This document shows, one piece after another, positions 50,995-60,000 of a DNA stretch of 60,000 nucleotides. The position numbers were made by a program, and so were the translations under genes. The stretch lies in assembly GCA_051294905.1 (NCBI GenBank), contig CM119372.1:23438001-23498000 (forward strand), in the 5' to 3' direction. The stretch's first letter is position 1; the number at the start of each line of letters is the position of its first letter. The notes beneath the pieces were generated by a model. It ran no database searches and was not told the DNA's origin. It worked only from the letters and a program-made list of their open reading frames with translations. Origin of the DNA: Botryllus schlosseri. Its lineage: Eukaryota.

Positions 50995-51825
50995 ACGGCA
51001 AGGAATGCGTACGCGTACGACTCGCGAGGCTATCCACGTATAGGTATTCTTGCCTACGCAGACGACCTCGCCTTGCTTGCCCCGAATACCGCATCGGCAC
51101 AGCGACTCATCAACCAACTAGAGGCCGCCGCCGCTCTTATTGGCCTCCTGATCAATGCCAGGAAGACTGAGGTTCTGGCCATACCAGCTCTGCCGCGATA
51201 CCAATTCAACTGGGAGAAGTCAGGCTCAAGAATGTCAAGAGTTTTATATACCTCGGCATTGACGTCGCGGACTCTGGAAAAGCACTGAAGGCGAGGCGAG
51301 CAAAGGCCTGGGGCGCGGCAAAACGGTTACATTGCCTCTTCCACTCAGCTCAAGACCCGCATTTTCCGTGCCACTGTCGTGCAGGTTCTTCTCTACGGAA
51401 TAGAAGCACTCACGCTGACAGAAAAGCTGGCTAAGACACTCAACGCCAACTACGATACACTCCTCCGCTACGCATTCGGTATCCACCACCCGGAGCACAT
51501 ATCCACCAATGCTCTGCACAAACTCACAAAAACGCTCCCATTCCGTTTGCTGGCTGCTGAACGACGCATCCGCCTAATCGGTCATCTAGTGCGGCATCAA
51601 GACGATCAACCAGCCGCCGCCATCATCCACCACATTCCGACGGAGCCATGGCGCAGAGGTGGCTGGAATAGAACCACATGGCGCTCGACAATAGAGACCG
51701 AACTAGCGCAACGCGGGCTATCGCTCGAAGACGCCCACGACCGCCCTCGCCGGAGGCACCTAACAAGAGACCAAAACTGATTATCTTGATGTTCTTTTGT
51801 TTCCTGTTTTCTTTTGCCCTTTTAT
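50995..51825 (+). pseudogene. 5'-truncated, frameshifted non-LTR retrotransposon reverse transcriptase (RTE-like)
   Basis: ILAYADDLALLA, GLLINARKTEV, then a frameshift to FIYLG, then VLLYGIEALTL, RRIRLIGHLVR, RRGG...TW. Stop at 51780, T-rich tail, locally GC-rich. Confidence 0.85.
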
Positions 51826-51839
51826 TTAATTGAAAGTCG

Positions 51840-53331
51840 ATATATACTGGAAATCTGAAAAAAAGAATTTTTTTCAAAATTTTCGGACTCGCAATACCGG
51901 ACCATTTTTTGCACTTCGTGGTCGGTTGACTAAAAAAGGTCAACTTTCCGGCTCAGCTCCCGAAATAGGACAAAATCTCAAAAAAGAGGACATTTGGGCG
52001 TCCTCCGAGGACCAATGGCGTATCAGCATGTGCTGCCGTCCCTGGCTCTCGCTTAAAATGCCGCCCCCTCCCTAAGTAGACAGCAGCAGATTTCGACATA
52101 TATTGATTTTCAAGCAATCTTGTCAATACAAATAATTACAAATAACATGCCGCATCTCAGCTTTACCGTCTTAACGGTAATAAGGCCAAAGATAATACAG
52201 ACAAGAAATAGCGAACGAATGTATTGTGCAAATAGCAATCAATAGCCGCCTCAAAACTAATCTTTTCGGGCTTTCACTGAAGCAAAATCAGCGATAATAA
52301 CCTCAAATTCAAGTTTTTGAACTTATAGTCTCTTTCTATAGACAGAATGGATAGAGCTGATAGCCTATCATCATTCATGGTAGAACGTAAATAAGACTTA
52401 ATCAGTTTGAGCTTTGAGAATCTCCTCTCTCAGCTTGCAATTGAAACACCAATGGTCAGATAAAGTTTCAGACACGAGCATAAATGTGGTTTCGAATCAA
52501 GTAGCTTTGCATTAACTAACCACTGCTCCATACCAGCCTCTTAAATCTGTAAATTTCCACAGGCTATTCCAAAAAGTCCACCTCGTCGTCATAGGTGCTT
52601 ATAAAAGCGCTGGTGAATTAATTGTGACTTTCGCTTTGCAGCAGCGCGTGGGGATTAAAAAATTCAAACATATCATTAAGTGGTGTAGGCTATGCCGGTT
52701 AACCCAGTTTGATCTTCGAGTTTAGTTGTCACACTTGAATACCCAGGCCTACAGGCCTACTGCTGAGCTAGCTAAAAGCAGCATAATTGGTCATGGTCAA
52801 TGGTCATCCTATAGTTGGCCAGGCCCTCCGAGCGCTCAAATTTAACAATACTGATCTTAATCGAAAGCTCTTGTTGACGTGATTCCGGAAATACAATTTA
52901 ACTACTGGTCTGAAAATCGGTATTGTTCCGAATAATCGCTCGATATAATTTCCATTATCATGGTCAATTGGTCACTTGGTCAGTGTGCTGCGGCGCTCCG
53001 ATTGTTAGGAGCAATCGGCCTTGACGACTATTTTGGAGTGGTTCCATTGCCATATTAACATATCAATTCGTGTTTTCGGAATCAGCGCGACACTAGCTTT
53101 CGATTGAGACCAGTTTGATTAAATTTTAGCTCACGGGATGCCAGCTATAGGACTACCAATTACGCAGCTTTTAGCCGGCTTTGTACGCTGTGCAGCCTCA
53201 TTTTGCCGCCCCCTTGGAGCCTGCCGCCCCTGGCGCAGAGCCAGAACCGCCAATTGCCTGCTATGCCACTGCCGAGGACACTAACAAAAAAGAGGACAAA
53301 TCCTCTTAAAAGAGGATTTATGGTAACCCTA
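51840..53331. mobile_element. Family G (Blackjack-like) element, reverse orientation, interrupted
   Basis: Reverse-complement similarity to 55043-55414 (AGGACATTTGGGCGTCCTCCGAG). Ends ATGGTAACCCTA. Confidence 0.7.
52013..53271. mobile_element. hAT-Tip100-like MITE nested in G
   Basis: CAATGGCGTA...TATGCCACTG termini, perfect TSD CCGAGGAC, GCCGCCCC subterminal repeats. Confidence 0.85.
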
Positions 53332-53502
53332 GTATAGGGGACCCAAAATAATTTCGTAAATCGAAATAAAACAGATTTTAATGATCTTAAAAAATTTTCC
53401 GCGCTTGGCGCGATTTACTGGCTCATGGTTTCTTTGATATAATGTGACACCCCCCACAATATATATATATATGGAAAATATTTCAAAAAAATATGCATAA
53501 GG

Positions 53503-54773
53503 CAGGGGCGGGAAACTTCTCCAGTCGGGGGGCTGGATATAGGAAAATTAAGCACTCGGCGGGCCGGATTGCTGAATCGATAGATTATTGGCCCATTTAT
53601 CCACATATACTAGGAATAAATCGTATTTAATGAATGTATTTTAACGACAGCATTGTCACTTCAAAGCCATTTCTCGCCGATAATGACGAAGACAATGTAG
53701 ATTTGAGAATAGCATTGTCATACAGGCGCCGCCATGTGTGCTCCTCTCTGATCAATCAACGCACGATGCGATGGTGGCGAGATAGCGTAGTGGTGTAATC
53801 GATAGCTACAGCACCAATGGTTGTGGTTTCGAGTCCGGCCGAGGTCGTCTCCAGAAATATTACCTCTACCTAAGTGTTGGAGGTTTATCTCGGCGTCACA
53901 ATACCAAACTCCGGTAAAATTTAACATTCCAGGCTGCTTTTTGGGGTTCCAGGACCACGAGCAGATTAAAATTTATATTTCCGCAATCAGTACCGCGGTA
54001 GCTTTCGATTGATACCCGTTTTATCAAATTTCGCGCTTGGCAAGCCGGTCAAAAGTTACCGTGAAATTGCCTTTGGCCAAATTGAAAGTGTGACGTAAAC
54101 CAATTTCACTGAGCCGTGAGATTTGCTTGTGTCCACACCATATAGGACAATACGGACTACGGTACACTCCTTAATTAAGATTTCAAGGCATTCGATAAGC
54201 CCGGTACCCCAAATTTACCAACATATCAATTCATTAGGGTTGAGTAGGTGACGAGATAGCGTCGTTGTTGAACTGTGTGGCCTAATTAATCTCGATATTG
54301 AATTTGTGCGGCACGCGTCCTCTATACGAAATTTGAAAAGTGACCCGCGACCCATTTTGAGCTGGCGACCCCTGGCATAAGCGGTGTCTTACGAAAGCCT
54401 AGAAGTGTGCCGTGCTACAAGTCGGCGGTTACGGAATCAAAAATAAGAAATAGCAGTCTGGTGTAAATGATCATTGTAGTCGACAAACACCATGATTACC
54501 ACTGACAACATTAGGGTTGAGTACATCGTAAATGCCGATGGCGATAATGCAAGTCTTCTCGCTTCGACGAACTTACTCGTAAGCTCCACTCTCGCACGCT
54601 GCGCAATGCGCATACACGTATATAAAAACATACAGTCACTGAAATTTGACATAGCAAGAAAGTAGTGGGGAATCTCGGCTGACTGGGGACGCGGACCACA
54701 TTATCATGTAAGACGGAAAACTGTCCGCGGGCCGGACAAAATCCCTTCGCGGGCCGTATGTTGCCCGCCCCTG
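53503..54773. mobile_element. Charlie-like MITE K2 nested in J2
   Basis: CAGGGGCGGGAAAC...GTTGCCCGCCCCTG, perfect TSD GCATAAGG. Confidence 0.85.
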
Positions 54774-55042
54774 GCATAAGGTATACAGAAATTGATCCAA
54801 TGGTATTATCAATTATAAAACAACGGCAACCCAGTATCGTATCAAACCGTTTGGCTGTTTTAGTCTAGTAGTGTGCACTGTGAATGTCTAGTAAGGCAGT
54901 GACCAAAATTTATACCCTCCGCGACCAATAGGGGAGATGTGGTACCGATGCCATCTGCAGATAAGTAGTTGGTAGGAAATCCTTGCTGTTAAACGCTAAA
55001 TATGACAAAATGAAACACGTTTGTCACGCAAGTCAGTAATAT

Positions 55043-55414
55043 TAGGGTTACCATTTGTCCTCTTTTTAGAAAGTGTTCTCGGAGGACGCCCAAATGTCCT
55101 CTTTATTGGGAATTTTGGTCAAATATAGGGTAAATTTGACTGAGATACAGTAAATCAGCACTGAAGTAACGCTCCGGCGGCTATTTCGGGAGCTGAGATG
55201 GGAAGTAGACCTTTTTTTAGTCAACCAACGGAGAATTCAACAAAAGTGTGAAGTTAAGGAGCCGAGTCGGAAAAATGACTTTTTTTAGTCAATCAACCAA
55301 GAAGTCGGGAAAAATTGACCATTTTTATCCGGATTTTACTCCAGTAGGCTATTGTAAGTCTGATAATTTTGAAAAAGTGTCCTCTTTTCAGATTTTCAAA
55401 ATATGGTAACCCTA
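55043..55414. mobile_element. Family G Blackjack-like MITE nested in J2
   Basis: TIR TAGGGTTACCAT...ATGGTAACCCTA, TSD AGTAATAT/GGTAATAT. A partial copy ends at ~40788. Confidence 0.85.
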
Positions 55415-55984
55415 GGTAATATCGCAACATTTTTAGACATTATGGCACGCTGCATACGAAAGGTTGCCGGCCTCTGATCTATGTAATGCGAATGAAAATC
55501 TTACGGTCGAGGCCAAAAAGTCATCATCATCATTGGCTTATTAGCAATTTTATCAGTTCACAGTGGCGGCTCGTCCTATAGGGCAACTGGGGCATTGCCC
55601 CACCTAAAATTATGTTTAATAACAATTCTTTACCATTTATAGACGCACAGCAATCTATATATACCGAAATCACAGCGAAAATCGTATTCTTCTTGTCCTT
55701 TCGCTTGTAAATGCCCAAGCCCATATATAGCGAAGTCTCTGCGAAAATCGAATTCTCTTCGTGTTTTCGCTTTGCGAATGCCTAGCCGGGGCATGCCCCG
55801 GTAGCGCTCATAACAAGCTTTCACTGTCTATTCTCTCAAAGCCGCGCACAATAAAGAAACGGTGATTTCCTCTCTCCTATTCATAAAATTACCGAGCAAC
55901 CGGGGCAACATAGCCTATACTTGCCCTTAAGGTGTGATGTAACAATCGTATCTATATCTGAACTCGGTTACCGTCGTATGCGTT

Positions 55985-57030
55985 GGGTCGATCTTTGCTG
56001 GTATAGGTCGATTTTGATGGTGTTTCACTCCATGATAATTCTTGAAACTTGGTATATCATGTCGTGATGGTGGTATTTAACACTGTCTCAAGTTTTAGGG
56101 TTTCTACTCAAAGTTTAGGGTAGGAATTCCGTTTCCGAAGTTGAGTGTGTGCTGATCCGTCATGTATCGCAAACAGATATTACTCAAAAGTCGGTATTGG
56201 TGTCCATTGATTTTGACGATGTTCCATACCGAGATCGGTCATGACATTTGGTATGGTAAGTCTTAATGTTATTATCGAACGCTGTACCAAGTTTCAAGTT
56301 TGTCACTGAACTATGTTAGTTGTAATTTCGTTTCCTAAGTCGAGTGAGAGCTGACTCGTCATTTATCGCAAACATATTTTACGCAAAGCCGGTATTGGTC
56401 TCCATTGATTTTAACGATGCTCCTTAGCTAGATCCGTCATGAGCTTTTGCATGGTATGTCTTGATTTTAGTATCGAACGCTGTGCCAAGTCTCAAGGTTG
56501 GTACTCAATGATTCGGGCAGCAATTTCGTTATCAAGGTCGAGTATGGTAGAGATGTGCGCTGATCTGACACTTAGCCAACCTAACGCATTGCGGATTTCA
56601 CGCTAAAGCCGGTGTATCTGTGTTAACGCTAACTGTGATCCATACTGAGATAGTTGATGAAATGATGATATCATGAAACAGTTTACTAACATCCTCGGTT
56701 TGCATTCAAATATTTAGTTTTATTTCATATTCTTCAATGTCAATTTCACCGTGAAATTGTGGCCTTCAGGCCATTTGCTTACAATTACAACCCCTGTCAA
56801 GCGCGATGGCTGTTTCGTTTTCGATGGCGGCTAACAGCTGATCGCTTTATCAGCCTATTCCTCAGTAAATTTTACGCAAAATTCGGTGTTGATCTGTTCG
56901 TATTAATTTTGACAGTGTACCATACCGAAAACGGTCATGAGGCTACTTCTCGATGATTTCATGTAACAGTGTACCAAGTTTCAGGCTTTCAATCACGTAT
57001 TTATTCGGTAATATATTTTCCAAAGTCGAT
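55985..57030. repeat. Degenerate tandem repeat, ~199-bp period
   Basis: CGGTATTGGT.TCCATTGATTTT at ~56192 and ~56390. TATCGAACGCTGT.CCAAGT.TCAAG recurs. More decayed units flank these. Confidence 0.75.
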
Positions 57031-57059
57031 TTTGCAGCAGACATATAGACACTATAGAC

Positions 57060-58277
57060 CAATGGTTCTCAACCTGGGGGGGGGGGGGCGAGAAATTGAC
57101 GAAGTCAGTATAAATTGTACGTGTCTGAACATGTGTTTCACATCCATTATGAGAAGACGATTAATGAAGATGAAATTTATTCCATATTCAAGAAAGCTTG
57201 CAAAATACAAACTCTAGCAACAGGGCTCAACTGAGTATAGTCTGATTTCAACTTCATTTGAGCAAATTTTTGAAATTCTTTGGAGATATAGAGAGCAATT
57301 CCCACTTGTAAGTCATTCATTGCTTCATGGCTTTGACAGTAGCCTAAAGCTTGTCGCGCTGGGCAGCTCTTGTTAGTAGCTTGCGAACTGCACTGCCTAA
57401 GACAGACTTAGATGCAACATAGGTTGCCCGGTGTCGCCCTCATTTAGGCTATAAATCAACACAATTAATTCATTTCGAAAACTGATCAAATTTAGCCTGG
57501 CAGGACAGAACGACGCAATGTTTTTTTGTTATTTTCAAACAAGTTTGAAGAAATTTGTCAGCAATGTAAAAGACTCAACAACTGGAATGCAGATTCAAAA
57601 TTGGCGTAAGATATACCTTATGTATACTATTAGATCAGGGGTGGGCAGCCTGCAGCCGTAGAAGGGAATTTGAGCGGCCGTCGACGCCTAATTCAATTAG
57701 TATGTGTTGGCGGCCGTAGATATGCAAATTGCAATTACGAATTCACTCCCGCATTTTCAAGAGATTTTAATTATAATCTTGAAATTTTCTTCGCCCTCCG
57801 CGCTATTCAACAAGACTTCATTTTCCGATTTTAATGCAGTAGCGCCCTTCTTAATCTGAGCCAGAATGGGAATTGGCAAGAAATAGCAATTCGTTCGCGG
57901 CCCTGAAAAATTTTCGCGCTCCGCGCGACAATATGAACCTCCCGGCAACTATTCATAACATTGCCACTCGCGATTTCGGTGCGTACAATAGACCATTGTG
58001 AAAAGTAGAATAGTCCGGAGTTCACCGGGAATGGATATGGACAGTTTACCGTAGGAATTTTGCGTCCAGATCGTTCATTGTGGCTATGCCCTGGAATGCG
58101 GCCTTGCGCTACATAAGCAATCGAAATGCGGTCATGATTATCAAAAACGTTGCACACCTCTGTATTAGATGATGTGCTCTTTTTGACATGACGATAAATG
58201 CAAGGGGGGTCAGGGGGGCGCGAGTTTTTTGATCATCTCCAAGGGGGGCGCGTGTCAAAAAAGGTTGAGAACCACTG
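57060..58277. mobile_element. Charlie-like MITE
   Basis: CAATGGTTCTCAACC...GGTTGAGAACCACTG, perfect TSD CTATAGAC. Confidence 0.88.
57636..58162. mobile_element. Charlie-like MITE nested in 57060-58277
   Basis: CAGGGGTGGGCA...TGCACACCTCTG, perfect TSD TATTAGAT. Confidence 0.85.
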
Positions 58278-58669
58278 CTATAGACCGTAAGCCGTATGTC
58301 CGTGTGACGGTCTCCAGCCTCAAGGCCAAAATCTCTTATGCTGTACCGGGACCGAATTCCGAGGCTGCTATCCGTAGTTCTTCAGAATGATGTTTTGTAT
58401 TCAATATGACATGTCCAATCTATGAGATAACAATTGCGTATGTGTCCGAACTCGTTGACCCTTCCAGTTAGGCTTACGCAATCTCTCGAGTTATAGTCAT
58501 TTCCATTTCTCCAGATAATTAGTCAGGTGTAGTGCGAACATGAACCGGGTCGAATCTTTGTTCCGCACGCCGTTTACACAGTTACCATATTTCAAGTCAC
58601 AGCTTACCAGCAGATCTCTCGCGGCACATACGTTTAAAATCACTGTTGTCGTTCGTGTTACCGTACTAC

Positions 58670-58705
58670 TATAGATAACTAACCTCCGTAGGTTAGTTAT
58701 CTATA
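58670..58705. mobile_element. 36-bp palindromic micro-element, second copy (reverse orientation)
   Basis: TATAGATAACTAACCT ccgt AGGTTAGTTATCTATA, flanks GTACTAC/GTACTCC. Confidence 0.75.
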
Positions 58706-60000
58706 GTACTCCAAGTTACTTGTTTACTTTGGAAAACGCCATTGTGACGTCATCTTGATAAAAAGTCGCTTGCAGCCCTTGCCCCACCACCCGGTATTGT
58801 CACGAGCCGCCACTGAGTTCACTACACCAGTATGGTTCTCAACCTTTTTCGCCTCGCGGACCGGTAAAATTTCAAAAAATGTATGGCGGACCGGTGAACT
58901 GTCAAAATTGAAATGAAGCCAAAATGTAAAGTATGCAACCGTTTTTGGCAATTATATGATGCTAGAAAGTGACATTTGGAGCGTTTTGATCGTATTTAAT
59001 AATATTCATGATGGCATCCATGTGATTTTATGGTAGTGAGTCTGCCAAGTCGAGGTAAAATTGCCTTGTCCAGATAAACGTGCTACCGCCGAGGGTCGTT
59101 TACAGTCTTTCGCGCCAAAGGCCGTGGGTTTAAACGGCCACGTCAACTCCGTAATATTCTTCTCTTTGACAATATCAAGAGAAGAAGCGTATCGGAGTCG
59201 AACCAAGCACCTTGTCGTGCTACCTTGCTCATTACCCACTGCCACCAGACGCAGGCTACTCCGGCAACTACGAATACAGTGCGTGACGCAAGAAAACACA
59301 TTACAGCAGCTATATCGGCCATCCGCAAATCCGGGCCGAAAAAGCACTTCGTCTGCCCACCCCCAAAAAAGCTGGTCTTGGGGCCCCCACAGGGCAATAA
59401 GCCAAACTTCCGGGGGCTTCGCCCCAAGACCCCTACACTTGGGTGGAAGTTTTCACCTGTACTTGTGATCATATCCATTCTACTCAGCGTAAGCAGAGAG
59501 TTTACGTAGCTTATCGCGACAATGGCGAAAATTTTCGATCATTCACGACTGAAGCGCTTTTCTCGCGGTCGAATTTTAGGCCCAAATTTCGGAGTCCCAT
59601 AAGTTAACTGAAACTTCATTATGTGTGGATACGTCGTGGTGCGGCAATGGCTTACGCCGAAATGCCTATAAATCATGCGTATTTCTCGGAGAAGTGCACC
59701 TAATAAGCAAGACATTTAGGGACACTAAATCGTGCAAAGCCCGAAAAGAAATTAAAAAATGTTGGAAAAAGTTTCAAATAAAACGCATGATTTATGTTCA
59801 TTTGCGAAATAATCTTGGGCCCTTTTCAAGCTCGGCCCCTCTCCAATTGGGGTGCCCCAGTTACTGTCCTGCACAAAATAAATGAATTGAAAACCAATGA
59901 TCTAACTGCGCTGCTTAGCGATGAGTGAGCTCGTATCTGTTCTGTATTTGTCGCTCGCATGTCGTCAAATGAAACGTCTTGTACTTTAAGTCAAATCGAA

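Larger units (their letters stand above)
50722..55476. mobile_element. Charlie-like element J2, expanded by multiple insertions
   Basis: CAGTGGTCGGCAACC start, GGTTGCCGGCCTCTG end. J-like segments resume at ~53335 and ~54782. Confidence 0.65.
55561..58815. mobile_element. 3.25-kb non-autonomous TIR element carrying a tandem array
   Basis: TIR CAGTGGCGGCTCGT...ACGAGCCGCCACTG with AGTTCA duplicated at both flanks. Splits a reversed family D tail. Confidence 0.7.

Noticed and set aside
59006..59509. Cluster of overlapping 94-135 aa ORFs
   Set aside because: Locally GC-rich repeat-like sequence after a Charlie-like start at ~58828. No protein motifs.

Overview
AT-rich, intron-containing animal genomic DNA. 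An ascidian/tunicate origin is inferred, not established, from the very short introns (57-73 nt), the divergent chordate-type proteins and an operon-like intronless gene pair. Five protein-coding loci are supported. (1) The N-terminal exons of a liprin-alpha (PPFIA/SYD-2) gene on the minus strand, starting at 7080 and running off the left edge. (2-3) An intronless, co-oriented SAAL1 + CDK5 pair only 75 bp apart, with splice-acceptor-like AGs in the spacer (candidate SL trans-spliced operon). (4) A complete 7-exon trypsin-like serine protease (minus). (5) A complete 6-exon, strongly divergent Wnt (plus, possibly Wnt11-like) with non-canonical residues at both Frizzled-contact sites. The rest is a dense landscape of non-autonomous DNA transposons, mostly hAT-like with 8-bp TSDs and nested up to three deep, plus LINE/SINE 3' ends and a decayed RTE-like LINE. 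Notable non-coding structures are a ~225-bp-arm fold-back just behind CDK5, two head-to-tail MITE dimers and 35-36-bp TSD-flanked palindromic micro-elements. All calls were made by eye; no searches were run.
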